A stretch of DNA of 13,817 nucleotides from a virus. Taxonomy: Duplodnaviria > Heunggongvirae > Uroviricota > Caudoviricetes. Shown here piece by piece: positions 1-8,161 of this stretch. The notes beneath the pieces were generated by a model. The model worked only from the letters and a program-made list of their open reading frames with translations. It was not told the origin of the DNA and did not search any database. A program made the position numbers and the translations under genes. Positions within the stretch are counted from its first letter, which is position 1. Each line of letters begins with the position of its first letter. Location: IMG/VR virus record IMGVR_UViG_2531839482_000006. One strand, written 5' to 3'.

Positions 1-1284
1 TTACTTCTTCGCCTCTGCAACCACTTTACTACCCACGCCGCGGTTATTGTATTCCCACATGCGGTTGTAGTTAGTGTCATTCAGATTGCGCTGTATTTCG
101 TCGTTATCATCTACGCTGCCGGTATTACCCGCAAACGGACGATTAGAGATCACCGCATCGGCCCACGGTTTAGCCGTGTTAAAACCTTCGTTGATGGCGC
201 TATCACGGATCACCACCTGACCGTTGGTATTGGCATCAACATCCAGCGAGCGGCCCAGTTGCGCCACACCATCACCGAAAGCATTGAAACGGCTGTTTAC
301 GGCGAGGAAACCGTAGTAAATGTTGGACAGCGTAGCCGGTGCAAACACATACGCTTCTTGCTGAGTACGTGAGTTCACCACGCGGAATTCGGTGTTATCG
401 AACACCACTGCGCCGCGACCAGAAACGATATCCACATCCCCTTCAATGTAGCTGTTGGTCACCAGCGTACGCGGCTGACGATTCGTTTCCAGACGGTTCT
501 GCACACCGCTATTGGTGACAAAGAAGGTGTTCTGACGACCGAGAATGTTAACGTTGTTAATCTGTACCTGGTCACCATCAGTACGCAGTGCCACCGCCGG
601 ATGGTTACCTGCATCTACGCTATCGCCCAGCGTGTTTTCGATGGTCAGATTTTGCAGTTGCAGGCCATTGTTTTGTGACCAGAAGACCGCAGAGCAGAGA
701 ACACCGATACTGTCGCTGCGTTTGCTCTGGCAGCTATCGTACATATACCACGCTGGTTTACCTGGCATATATTTGCCGCGCGGGTTGACGTCGTGACGCC
801 AGTCGGCAGGGCTCATGCCACCATCAAGGGAAAGCCCAATCTTCACATCAATCGGTTTTTCACCTGTACCGTACAGAGTAATTCCACCCGGAGCGGCAGG
901 GACATATACCGTTCCCTGATACTCACCAGGCATCACGGCAATATACTGGCGCTTGTTGGTACGCTTGATAATTGCCGCATCTACCGCCGCCTGAATCGTG
1001 GTATGCGTTACACCTTGAGTGCCCGCCGGGCCGACAACAAAGTCAGGTTGCGCAGGCAGGGTAATCGGGGAAGGATTCCACGCTGCTGCACCTGGTGTCA
1101 GGGATGCAAAATAGTGTTGAGCATCGAAATTCTGCGCTTCTTTTGCCGACAGAATCGGGCGAGAAGAGGTACCAGGCGCGGTTTGATCAGAAGGACGTTG
1201 ATCGGGCGGGGTTGAGCTACAGGCGGTCAGCGTCACGCCAAAAGCCAATGCCAGCGCCAGACGGGAAACTGAAAATGTGTTCAC
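1..1284 (-). CDS. ybhC: YbhC, putative outer-membrane lipoprotein of the pectinesterase / acyl-CoA thioesterase family (host gene flanking attB-lambda)
   Basis: Complete 427-aa ORF with stop at 1-3; N-terminal signal peptide with lipobox-like LTAC; recognised from memory as the E. coli gene bordering the lambda attachment site; sits immediately outside the att core. Confidence 0.8.
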   Translation of the reverse strand: MNTFSVSRLALALAFGVTLTACSSTPPDQRPSDQTAPGTSSRPILSAKEAQNFDAQHYFASLTPGAAAWNPSPITLPAQPDFVVGPAGTQGVTHTTIQAAVDAAIIKRTNKRQYIAVMPGEYQGTVYVPAAPGGITLYGTGEKPIDVKIGLSLDGGMSPADWRHDVNPRGKYMPGKPAWYMYDSCQSKRSDSIGVLCSAVFWSQNNGLQLQNLTIENTLGDSVDAGNHPAVALRTDGDQVQINNVNILGRQNTFFVTNSGVQNRLETNRQPRTLVTNSYIEGDVDIVSGRGAVVFDNTEFRVVNSRTQQEAYVFAPATLSNIYYGFLAVNSRFNAFGDGVAQLGRSLDVDANTNGQVVIRDSAINEGFNTAKPWADAVISNRPFAGNTGSVDDNDEIQRNLNDTNYNRMWEYNNRGVGSKVVAEAKK

Positions 1285-1330
1285 AGGTTGCTCCGGGCTA
1301 TGAAATAGAAAAATGAATCCGTTGAAGCCT

Positions 1331-1420
1331 GCTTTTTATACTAAGTTGGCATTATAAAAAAGCATTGCTTATCAATTTGTTGCAACGAACAGGTCACTAT
1401 CAGTCAAAATAAAATCATTA
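1331..1420. other. Prophage attL: lambda-type att core followed by the P' arm (Int arm-type and IHF sites)
   Basis: gctttttatactaa at 1331-1344 followed by gttggcattataaaaaagcattgcttatcaatttgttgcaacgaacaggtcactatcagtcaaaataaaatcattatttgatttc, which matches the lambda P' arm as I remember it; host ybhC on one side and int on the other. Confidence 0.85.
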
Positions 1421-2488
1421 TTTGATTTCAATTTTGTCCCACTCCCTGCCTCTGTCATCACGATACTGTGATGCCATGGTGTCCGACTTATGCCCGAGAA
1501 GATGTTGAGCAAATTTATCGCTTATCTGCTTCTCATAGAGTCTTGCAGACAAACTGCGCAACTCGTGAAAGGTTGGCGGATCCCCTTCGAAGGAGAGACC
1601 TGATGCTTTTCGTGCGCGCATAAAATACCTTGATACTGTGCCGGATGAAAGCGGTTCACGACGAGTAGATGCAATTATGGTTTCTCCGCCAAGAATCTTT
1701 TTGCATTTATCAAGTGTTTCCTTCATTGATATCCCGAGAGCATCAACATGCAATGTTGTTGGGATGGCAATTTTTACGCCTGTTTTGCTTTGCTCGACAT
1801 AAAGATATCCATCTACGATATCAGACCACTTCATTTCGCATAAATCACCAACTCGCTGCCCGGTAACAACAGCCAGTTCCATTGCAAGTCTAAGCCAACA
1901 TGGTGATGATTCTGCTGCTTGATAAATTTTCAGGTATTCGTCAGCCGTAAGTCTTGATCTCCTTACCTCTGATTTTGCAGCGCGAGTGGCTGCGACCGGG
2001 TTTGTTGTTATATGGCCTTCAGCTATAGCCTCTCGGAATGCATCGCTCAGTGTTGATCTGATTAACTTGGCTGATGCCGCCTTGCCCTCGTCTATGTATC
2101 CATTGAGCATTGCCGCAATTTCTTTTGTGGTGATGTCTTCAAGTGGAGCATCAGGCAGACCCCTCCTTATTGCTTTAATTTTGCTCATGTAATTTATGAG
2201 TGTCTTCTGCTTGATTCCTCTGCTGGCCAGGATTTTTTCGTAGCGATCAAGCCATGAATGTAACGTAACGGAATTATCACTGTTGATTCTCGCTGTCAGA
2301 GGCTTGTGTTTGTGTCCTGAAAATAACTCAATGTTGGCCTGTATAGCTTCAGTGATTGCGATTCGCCTGTCTCGGCCTAATCCAAACTCTTTACCCGTCC
2401 TTGGGTCCCTGTAGCAGTAATATCCATTGTTTCTTATATAAAGGTTAGGGGGTAAATCCCGGCGCTCATGACTTCGCCTTCTTCCCAT
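1418..2488 (-). CDS. int: Integrase, tyrosine recombinase (lambda Int type)
   Basis: 356-aa ORF; sequence recognised as lambda Int (C-terminal catalytic region ...HELRSLSARLYEKQISDKFAQHLLGHKSDTMASQY...); position next to attL and overlap with xis. Confidence 0.95.
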   Translation of the reverse strand: MGRRRSHERRDLPPNLYIRNNGYYCYRDPRTGKEFGLGRDRRIAITEAIQANIELFSGHKHKPLTARINSDNSVTLHSWLDRYEKILASRGIKQKTLINYMSKIKAIRRGLPDAPLEDITTKEIAAMLNGYIDEGKAASAKLIRSTLSDAFREAIAEGHITTNPVAATRAAKSEVRRSRLTADEYLKIYQAAESSPCWLRLAMELAVVTGQRVGDLCEMKWSDIVDGYLYVEQSKTGVKIAIPTTLHVDALGISMKETLDKCKKILGGETIIASTRREPLSSGTVSRYFMRARKASGLSFEGDPPTFHELRSLSARLYEKQISDKFAQHLLGHKSDTMASQYRDDRGREWDKIEIK

Positions 2489-2684
2489 TTCTGATCCTCT
2501 TCAAAAGGCTACCTGTTACTGGTCGATTTAAGTCAACCTTTACCGCTGATTCGTGGAACAGATACTCTCTTCCATCCTTAACCGGAGGAGGGAATATCCT
2601 GCACTCGCGTACCCATCGACGAACTGTTTCAAGGCTTCTTGGGCGTCGCTGGCGTGCGTTCCACTCCTGAAGTGTCAAGTACAT
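2466..2684 (-). CDS. xis: Excisionase (lambda Xis type)
   Basis: 72-aa ORF MYLTLQEWNARQRRPRSLETVRRWVRECRIFPPP... recognised as lambda Xis; 3' end overlaps the int start as in lambda. Confidence 0.95.
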   Translation of the reverse strand: MYLTLQEWNARQRRPRSLETVRRWVRECRIFPPPVKDGREYLFHESAVKVDLNRPVTGSLLKRIRNGKKAKS

Positions 2685-2710
2685 CGCAAAGTCTCCGCAA
2701 TTACACGCAA

Positions 2711-2731
2711 GAAAAAACCGCCATCAGGCGG
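2711..2731 (-). terminator. Intrinsic terminator-like hairpin (ccgcc/ggcgg stem) followed by a U6 tract on the minus strand, between the 55-aa ORF and xis
   Basis: Minus-strand reading gccgcc-tgat-ggcgg-tttttt; the stop codon of the upstream small ORF lies in the loop. Confidence 0.5.
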
Positions 2732-2891
2732 CTTGGTGTTCTTTCAGTTCTTCAATTCGAATATTGGTTACGTCTGCATGTGCTATCTGCGCCCACAGCA
2801 TCCAGTGGTCATAGCAGTCGCTGATGTTCTCGGCTTCGATAACTCTGTTGAATGGTTCTCCATTCCATTCACCTGTGACTCGGAAGTGCAT
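2724..2891 (-). CDS. Small conserved lambda-type hypothetical protein (55 aa) upstream of xis
   Basis: ORF below the track threshold, translated by hand: MHFRVTGEWNGEPFNRVIEAENISDCYDHWMLWAQIAHADVTNIRIEELKEHQAA; preceded by GGAG 7 nt upstream of the ATG; the surrounding DNA matches lambda as I remember it. Confidence 0.6.
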   Translation of the reverse strand: MHFRVTGEWNGEPFNRVIEAENISDCYDHWMLWAQIAHADVTNIRIEELKEHQAA

Positions 2892-2930
2892 TTATCATCT
2901 CCATAAAACAAACCCCGCCGTAGCGAGTTC

Positions 2931-2961
2931 AGATAAAAGAAATCCTCGTCAGTGCGAGGAT
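2931..2961 (-). terminator. Hairpin (atcctcg/cgaggat) plus T-rich tract on the minus strand at the left boundary of the replaced segment; tL3-like
   Basis: 7-bp perfect inverted repeat at 2942-2961; minus-strand T-rich run from 2931-2941. Confidence 0.35.
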
Positions 2962-3133
2962 GCTGTTCATTGCTGCTATACACTTTTTTGCTCTCAACGT
3001 AAGCGGTAGCCCATTCTGTTGGGTTGGTGCAGTTGCTTTTAGGAAATGCTATTTACCCCTTAAATGTCGGTTGAAAGAGCTAAAATCCATGCAAAAAATT
3101 TACGCAATTTTGTGTATTATTGTGCAGTAAGTA

Positions 3134-3736
3134 ATGAGCTATTTTCTGCGCAAAAAATGGATGGTAAATTTGTCCGGGTCAGGAAAAATTTTATGGGCGC
3201 TAAACATGAAAAAAGATTCGTATCCTTATTTGATTTGCATGACAGTTTCAGGGCTGATCTTTATTTTCCTTTTCTTCTGGTGGCGGGCAGATATCTACAG
3301 GGTCACGTTTCTTAATCAGAGTATATCCCACTATTACATTCTGTTTAGCATGGGAATAGCTTTTCTGTTATCTCTGTTTTGGGTTAAGAAGGGGATAGTA
3401 AAACAAAGCGGCTGGAAGAGTCTGTCAGCATACCTTAAGGGTTATGCAGGGATGTGCATATTTGCTGGATTTTTTCTGATTATACCCCTTACGACACTAA
3501 CTTATTTTTTGCCTGGAGAGACATCGTCTTATGTTGCACCGTATCGGTATACTTCCGGTAGTTCAAAAAGTTGTTCTGGAGCTGAGGTGGATGACCCCGA
3601 TCTACATGAGAATATTCGCATTTGCTATCCGTATGGCAATTATGAGTACGATAATATTATCTATGTTGAAAAGAAAATTAATATATTAGGTGCGGTAGTG
3701 ACATATGCACAGACCGCGCGTGATGATACTGAATGA
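3134..3736 (+). CDS. Hypothetical multi-pass membrane protein with a ~75-aa Cys/Tyr-containing C-terminal domain; cargo gene in the slot lambda uses for ea8.5/ea22
   Basis: 200-aa ORF on the strand opposite all neighbouring genes; visibly AT-rich; three hydrophobic helix-like segments (LICMTVSGLIFIFLFFWW, YYILFSMGIAFLLSLFWV, MCIFAGFFLIIPLTTLTYFL); followed by its own hairpin terminator. Start is uncertain (in-frame ATGs at 3134, 3161, 3206, 3239; none has a strong Shine-Dalgarno). Confidence 0.55.
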   Translation: MSYFLRKKWMVNLSGSGKILWALNMKKDSYPYLICMTVSGLIFIFLFFWWRADIYRVTFLNQSISHYYILFSMGIAFLLSLFWVKKGIVKQSGWKSLSAYLKGYAGMCIFAGFFLIIPLTTLTYFLPGETSSYVAPYRYTSGSSKSCSGAEVDDPDLHENIRICYPYGNYEYDNIIYVEKKINILGAVVTYAQTARDDTE

Positions 3737-3770
3737 TATAGTATATAGCGGGCAAGTTTTAGTTAATTTA

Positions 3771-3800
3771 TCGAGGTAATATAATTTACCTCGACTCGTT
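3771..3800 (+). terminator. Intrinsic terminator-like hairpin downstream of the plus-strand membrane protein gene
   Basis: 9-bp inverted repeat tcgaggtaa / ttacctcga with a 6-nt loop (3771-3794), followed by a T-containing run ctcgtttgtt. Confidence 0.45.
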
Positions 3801-3946
3801 TGTTCTGGTATTAATATTTCGCTTTACGACCGATTTTTATCTGATGATATCATGCGGTTTTCATATACTGACTTACTGTCTTTTCTCCGTTAGCGATTTT
3901 CTCCTGCTCAGCGATGATTTTATCTTTGGCTTCTAGTTAATTTCGC

Positions 3947-4168
3947 TCACTTCGAACCTCTCTGTTTACTGATAAGCTCCAGATCTTGCTGGCAACTGGC
4001 ACAAGTCCGACAACCCTGAACAGCCAGGCGTCTTCGCTCATCTATCGGATCGCCACACTCACAACAATGAGTTGCGGATACAGTCTGGTAGTTCAGACGA
4101 CGCATTTTTATTGCTGTATTGCGCTGTAATTCTTCGATTTCTGATGCCGAATCAATGATGTCTGCCAT
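3947..4168 (-). CDS. TraR/DksA-family C4 zinc-finger protein (lambda orf73-like)
   Basis: 73-aa ORF with CxxC...17...CxxC (CCECGDPIDERRRLAVQGCRTCASC), typical of the TraR/DksA zinc finger; position between the ea22 slot and the orf61-63-60a block as in lambda. Confidence 0.75.
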   Translation of the reverse strand: MADIIDSASEIEELQRNTAIKMRRLNYQTVSATHCCECGDPIDERRRLAVQGCRTCASCQQDLELISKQRGSK

Positions 4169-4266
4169 CTTCCATTAATCCCTGAATTGTTGGTTAATAC
4201 GCTTGAGGATGAATGCGAACAATAAAAAAGGAGCCTGTAGCTCCCTGATGATTTTTCTTTTCATGT

Positions 4267-4548
4267 TCACCGTTCCTTAAAGACGCCGTTTAACATGCCG
4301 ATCGCCAGGCTTAAATGAGTCGGTGTGAATCCCATCAGCGTTACCGTTTCGCGGTGCTTCTTCAGTACGCTACGGCAAATGTCATCGACGTTTTTATCCG
4401 GAAACTGCTGTCTGGCTTTTTTGATTTCAGAATTAGCCTGACGGGCAATGCTGCGAAGGGCGTTTTCTTGCTGAGGTGTCATTGAACAAGCCCCATGTCG
4501 GCAAGCATAAGCACACAGAATATGAAGCCCGCTGCCAGAAAAATGCAT
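4267..4548 (-). CDS. Small hypothetical protein of the lambda orf61 region; start uncertain
   Basis: 93-aa maximal ORF; internal Met at 4482 would give 71 aa; no strong Shine-Dalgarno at either start; I cannot verify the lambda coordinate mapping. Confidence 0.45.
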   Translation of the reverse strand: MHFSGSGLHILCAYACRHGACSMTPQQENALRSIARQANSEIKKARQQFPDKNVDDICRSVLKKHRETVTLMGFTPTHLSLAIGMLNGVFKER

Positions 4549-4558
4549 TCAGTGGTTG

Positions 4559-4750
4559 TCATACCTGGTCTCTCTCATCTGCTTCTGCTTTCGCCACCAT
4601 CATTTCCAGCTTTTGTGAAAGGGATGCGGCTAACGTATGAAATTCTTCGTCTGTTTCTACTGGTATTGGCACAAACCTGACTCCAATTTGAGCGAGGCTA
4701 TGTGCCATCTCGATACACGTTCTTAACTCAACAGGAGATGCTTTGTGCAT
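4559..4750 (-). CDS. Lambda orf63-like small protein
   Basis: 63-aa ORF at the position and size of lambda orf63, immediately upstream of the orf60a/exo block. Confidence 0.6.
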   Translation of the reverse strand: MHKASPVELRTCIEMAHSLAQIGVRFVPIPVETDEEFHTLAASLSQKLEMMVAKAEADERDQV

Positions 4751-4911
4751 ACAGCCCCCCGTTTATTATTTATCTCCTCAGCCAGCCGCTGTGCTTTCAG
4801 GGGATTTCTGATAACAGAAAGGCCGGGAAATACCCAGCCTCGCTTTGTAACGGAGTAGACGAAAGTGATCGCACCTACCCGGATATTATCGTGAGGATGC
4901 TTCATCGCCAT
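4723..4911 (-). CDS. Lambda orf60a-like small protein
   Basis: 62-aa ORF overlapping the start of exo, as in lambda. Confidence 0.55.
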   Translation of the reverse strand: MAMKHPHDNIRVGAITFVYSVTKRGWVFPGLSVIRNPLKAQRLAEEINNKRGAVCTKHLLLS

Positions 4912-5582
4912 TGCTCCCCAAATACAAAACCAATTTCAGCCAGTGCCTCGTCCATTTTTTCGATGAACTCCGGCACCATCTCGTCAAAACTCGCCATGTA
5001 CTTTTCATCCCGCTCAACCACGACATAATGCAGGCCTTCACGCTTCATACGCGGGTCATAGTTGGCAAAGTACCAGGCATCTTTTCGCGTCACCCACATG
5101 CTGTACTGCACCTGGGCCATGTAAGCCGATTTTATTGCCTCGAAACCACCGAGCCGGAATTTCATGAAATCCCGGGAGGTAAACGGGCATTTCAGTTCAA
5201 GGCCGTTGCCGTCACTGCATAAACCATCGGGAGAGCAGGCGGTGCGCATACTTTCGTCGCGATAGATGATCGGGGATTCAGTAATATTCACGCCGGAAGT
5301 GAATTCAAACAGGGTTCTGGCGTCGTTCTCGTACTGTTTTCCCCAGGCCAGCGCCTTAGCATTAACTTCCGGAGCCACACCGGTGCAAACCTCAGCCAGC
5401 AGGGTGTGGAAGTAGGACATTTTCATGTCAGGCCACTTCTTTCCTGAGCGGGGCTTTGCTATCACGTTGTGAACTTCTGAAGCGGTGATGACGCCGAGCC
5501 GTAATTTGTGCCATGCATCATCCCCCTGTTCGACAGCTCTCACGTCGATCCCGGTACGCTGCAGGATAATGTCCGGTATCAT
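4902..5582 (-). CDS. exo: Lambda exonuclease (Red-alpha), 5'-3' dsDNA exonuclease
   Basis: 226-aa ORF recognised as near-identical to lambda Exo ([50 protein letters not shown]...); overlaps bet. Confidence 0.95.
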   Translation of the reverse strand: MIPDIILQRTGIDVRAVEQGDDAWHKLRLGVITASEVHNVIAKPRSGKKWPDMKMSYFHTLLAEVCTGVAPEVNAKALAWGKQYENDARTLFEFTSGVNITESPIIYRDESMRTACSPDGLCSDGNGLELKCPFTSRDFMKFRLGGFEAIKSAYMAQVQYSMWVTRKDAWYFANYDPRMKREGLHYVVVERDEKYMASFDEMVPEFIEKMDEALAEIGFVFGEQWR

Positions 5583-6364
5583 GCTGCCACCTTCTGCTCA
5601 GTGGCTTTCTGTTTCAGGAATCCAAGAGCTTTCACTGCTTCGGCCTGTGTCAGTTCTGACGATGCGCGAATGTCGCGGCGAAATATCTGGGAACAGAGCG
5701 GCAATAAGTCGTCATCCCATGTTTTATCCAGGGCGATCAGCAGAGTGTTAATCTCCTGCATGGTTTCATCGTTAACCGGAGTGATGTCGCGTTCCGGCTG
5801 ACGTTCTGCAGTGTATGCGGTATTTTCGACAATGCGCTCGGCTTCATCCTTGTCATAGATACCAGCAAATCCGAAGGCGAGACGGGCACACTGAATCATA
5901 GCTTTATGCCGTAACATCCGTTTGGGATGCGACTGCCACGGCCCCGTGATTTCTCTGCCTTCGCGAGTTTTGAATGGTTCGCGGCGGCATTCATCCATCC
6001 ACTCGGTAACGCAGATCGGATGATTACGGTCCTTGCGGTAAATCCGGCATGTACATGATTCATTGTCCTGCTCAAAGTCCATGCCATCAAATTGCTGGTT
6101 TTCATTGATGATACGGGACCAGCCATCAACGCCCACCACCGGAACGATGCCGTTCTGCTTGTCAGGGAAGGCGTAAATTTCTTTCGTCCACGGATTAAGG
6201 CCGTACTGGTTGGCGACGATCAACAATGCGATGAACTGCGCATCGCTGGCATCACCTTTAAATGCCGTCTGGCGAAGAGTGGTGATCAGTTCCTGTGGGT
6301 CGACAGAATCCATGCCGACACGTTCAGCCAGCTTCCCAGCCAGCGTTGCGAGTGCTGTACTCAT
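5579..6364 (-). CDS. bet: Lambda Bet (Red-beta) single-strand annealing protein
   Basis: 261-aa ORF recognised as lambda Beta ([59 protein letters not shown]...). Confidence 0.95.
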   Translation of the reverse strand: MSTALATLAGKLAERVGMDSVDPQELITTLRQTAFKGDASDAQFIALLIVANQYGLNPWTKEIYAFPDKQNGIVPVVGVDGWSRIINENQQFDGMDFEQDNESCTCRIYRKDRNHPICVTEWMDECRREPFKTREGREITGPWQSHPKRMLRHKAMIQCARLAFGFAGIYDKDEAERIVENTAYTAERQPERDITPVNDETMQEINTLLIALDKTWDDDLLPLCSQIFRRDIRASSELTQAEAVKALGFLKQKATEQKVAA

Positions 6365-6369
6365 CCGTT

Positions 6370-6786
6370 TTATACCTCTGAATCAATATCAACCTGGTGG
6401 TGAGCAATGGTTTCAACCATGTACCGGATGTGTTCTGCTATGCGCTCCTGAAACTCAACATCGTCATCAAACGCACGGGTAATGGCTTTTTTGCTGGCCC
6501 CGTGGCGTTGCAAATGATCGATGCATAGCGATTCAAACAGGTGCTGGGGCAGGCCTTTTTCCATGTCGTCTGCCAGTTCTGCCTCTTTCTCTTCACGGGC
6601 GATCTGCTGGTAGTGACGCGTCCAGCTCTGAGCCTCAAGACGATCCTGAATGTAATAAGCGTTCATGGCTGAACTCCTGAAATAGCTGTGAAAATATCGC
6701 CCGCGAAATGCCGGGCTGATTAGGAAAACAGGAAAGGGGGTTAGTGAATGCTTTTGCTTGATCTCAGTTTCAGTATTAATATCCAT
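6370..6786 (-). CDS. gam: Lambda Gam, RecBCD inhibitor
   Basis: 138-aa ORF whose C-terminal 98 aa ([60 protein letters not shown]...) match lambda Gam. Confidence 0.9.
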   Translation of the reverse strand: MDINTETEIKQKHSLTPFPVFLISPAFRGRYFHSYFRSSAMNAYYIQDRLEAQSWTRHYQQIAREEKEAELADDMEKGLPQHLFESLCIDHLQRHGASKKAITRAFDDDVEFQERIAEHIRYMVETIAHHQVDIDSEV

Positions 6787-6884
6787 TTTTTATAAGCGTC
6801 GACGGCCTCACGAAACATCTTTTCATCGCCAATAAAAGTGGCGATAGTGAATTTAGTCTGGATAGCCATAAGTGTTTGATCCAT
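6741..6884 (-). CDS. kil: Lambda Kil (host cell-division inhibitor), 47 aa
   Basis: Internal start of the 89-aa track ORF at the ATG at 6884: [47 protein letters not shown]; overlaps gam and cIII as in lambda. Confidence 0.8.
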   Translation of the reverse strand: MDQTLMAIQTKFTIATFIGDEKMFREAVDAYKKWILILKLRSSKSIH

Positions 6885-7017
6885 TTTTTGGGACTCCTGG
6901 CTGATTAAGTATGTCGATAAGGCGTTTCCATCCGTCACGTAATTTACGGGTGATTCGTTCAAGTAAAGATTCGGAAGGGCAGCCAGCAACAGGCCACCCT
7001 GCAATGGCATATTGCAT
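6853..7017 (-). CDS. cIII: Lambda CIII (inhibitor of FtsH-mediated CII degradation), 54 aa
   Basis: Hand translation from the ATG at 7017 gives [54 protein letters not shown] with stop at 6853-6855; below the ORF-track size threshold. Confidence 0.9.
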   Translation of the reverse strand: MQYAIAGWPVAGCPSESLLERITRKLRDGWKRLIDILNQPGVPKNGSNTYGYPD

Positions 7018-7089
7018 GGTGTGCTCCTTATTTATACATAACGAAAAACGCCTCGAGTGAAGCGTTATTGGTATGCGGTAACGCCGCGC

Positions 7090-7458
7090 TCAGGCGGCTT
7101 TGATAGTCATATCATCTGAATCAAATATTCCTGATGTATCGATATCGGTAATTCTTATTCCTTCGCTACCATCCATTGGAGGCCATCCTTCCTGACCATT
7201 TCCATCATTCCAGTCGAACTCACACACAACACCATATGCATTTAAGTCGCTTGAAATTGCTATAAGCAGAGCATGTTGCGCCAGCATGATTAATACAGCA
7301 TTTAATACAGAGCCGTGTTTATTGAGTCGGTATTCAGAGTCTGACCAGAAATTATTAATCTGGTGAAGTTTTTCCTCTGTCATTAAGTCATGGTCGATTT
7401 CAATTTCTATTGATGCTTTCCAGTCGTAATCAATGATGTATTTTTTGATGTTTGACAT
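7090..7458 (-). CDS. ea10: Lambda Ea10 (early-left protein, reported ssDNA-binding)
   Basis: 122-aa ORF MSNIKKYIIDYDWKASIEIEIDHDLMTEEKLHQINNFWSDSEYRLNKHGS... recognised as lambda ea10. Confidence 0.85.
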   Translation of the reverse strand: MSNIKKYIIDYDWKASIEIEIDHDLMTEEKLHQINNFWSDSEYRLNKHGSVLNAVLIMLAQHALLIAISSDLNAYGVVCEFDWNDGNGQEGWPPMDGSEGIRITDIDTSGIFDSDDMTIKAA

Positions 7459-7621
7459 CTATTCATATCCTCATAGATAAAAAATCGCCTTCACACTGGA
7501 GGGCAAAGAAGATTTCCAATAATCAGAACAAGTCGGCTCCTGTTTAGTTACGAGCGACATTGCTCCGTGTATTCACTCGTTGGAATGAATACACAGTGCA
7601 GTGTTTATTCTGTTGTTTATG

Positions 7622-7649
7622 CCAAAAATAAAGGCCGACTATGCGGCCT
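7622..7649 (-). terminator. Intrinsic terminator for the inserted membrane-protein gene
   Basis: Minus-strand aggccg-catagt-cggcct (6-bp GC-rich stem) followed directly by uuauuuuugg; lies 5 nt downstream of the CDS stop. Confidence 0.65.
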
Positions 7650-7653
7650 GAAA

Positions 7654-8103
7654 TTACTTAACCAATGATGCTGCATATTCGATAAGGTGAAGCTTTGGGG
7701 CCAGCCAAATTTTTAACCAAGTCATATTGGTTACTACACCAATAATAAAAATCCCCCACAGAGTCAAAACTCCAACCAATGGCATGATAAGAAGATTAAT
7801 ATCACCTTTGCTATCCCAAACCATTGTCGGCCTGTATTTGGGATTTCCTTTCTCCCATGAATATCCTTCATCACCGATTTTACCTGTCTCAACTCTTTGG
7901 CACTGCTTCTTCATAAACCAGAAAACCAGTGGGATTGTTAGAATGGCCATTAATGTTTTAATCAGACTGTCAACCATATTCCATAGCAGCAACTGATGAA
8001 CAACATCAGGAATCTGTGCCTGGCTAAATGAAACAGCCGCGTCTATTCCATTACTGGCTTTTTGCAGTAGTTCTACGAGAATCTTGTTTGCTTGTTCTTC
8101 CAT
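7654..8103 (-). CDS. Hypothetical two-helix membrane protein (149 aa) in an inserted cassette; candidate superinfection-exclusion or abortive-infection effector
   Basis: Complete ORF with a strong RBS (AAGGTGA before the ATG at 8103); soluble N-terminal ~45 aa then two hydrophobic helices (LIKTLMAILTIPLVFWFM, INLLIMPLVGVLTLWGIFIIGVV); own terminator; flanked by a 14-bp direct repeat; no lambda gene corresponds. Confidence 0.7.
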   Translation of the reverse strand: MEEQANKILVELLQKASNGIDAAVSFSQAQIPDVVHQLLLWNMVDSLIKTLMAILTIPLVFWFMKKQCQRVETGKIGDEGYSWEKGNPKYRPTMVWDSKGDINLLIMPLVGVLTLWGIFIIGVVTNMTWLKIWLAPKLHLIEYAASLVK

Positions 8104-8161
8104 ATATCACCTTGATTGTAATAAGCATGAAATTATTTACGGACAAAAATAAAGGCCACCA

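Noticed and set aside
545-1316. Plus-strand ORFs (545..796, 588..788, 793..1215, 1095..1316) inside ybhC
   Set aside because: All are antisense to a well-supported 427-aa gene, have low-complexity Arg/Cys-rich translations and no independent signals.
1669-2192. Plus-strand ORFs (1669..1866, 1986..2192) inside int
   Set aside because: Antisense to the integrase gene; chance open frames.
2553-3009. ORFs 2553..2906(+), 2639..2824(+), 2783..2983(-), 2824..3009(+)
   Set aside because: They overlap xis and the hand-translated 55-aa lambda-type ORF in other frames or antisense; the 55-aa ORF has an RBS and matches lambda, these do not.
3064-3315. Plus-strand 83-aa ORF, and a 40-codon sub-ORF from the ATG at 3193 with AGGA upstream, overlapping the 200-aa membrane-protein frame
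   Set aside because: It is out of frame with the much longer, hydrophobic-helix-containing ORF and terminates inside it; it could at most be a short upstream peptide and is not supportable as a gene.
4495-6638. Track ORFs antisense to or overlapping the orf61-exo-bet-gam block (4495..4680, 4702..5028, 4911..5222, 5485..5751, 5508..5801, 5896..6129, 6092..6403, 6210..6482, 6438..6638)
   Set aside because: They overlap recognised lambda genes in alternative frames or on the opposite strand.
6741-7010. 89-aa minus-strand ORF treated as a single gene
   Set aside because: It is the kil frame extended upstream; the real products are Kil from the internal Met at 6884 and CIII in a different frame at 6853..7017.
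7486-7594. Hairpins between ea10 and the inserted cassette (imperfect hairpin plus T-tract at about 7479-7504; 9-bp stem gtgtattca/tgaatacac at 7567-7594) as tL2-type terminators
   Set aside because: The structures are visible, but the first stem is imperfect and the second has no U tract; they probably correspond to lambda tL2-region elements, but I cannot support a confident terminator call.
7727-7996. Plus-strand 89-aa ORF antisense to the inserted membrane-protein gene
   Set aside because: No RBS, and the opposite strand carries an ORF with strong RBS and terminator.
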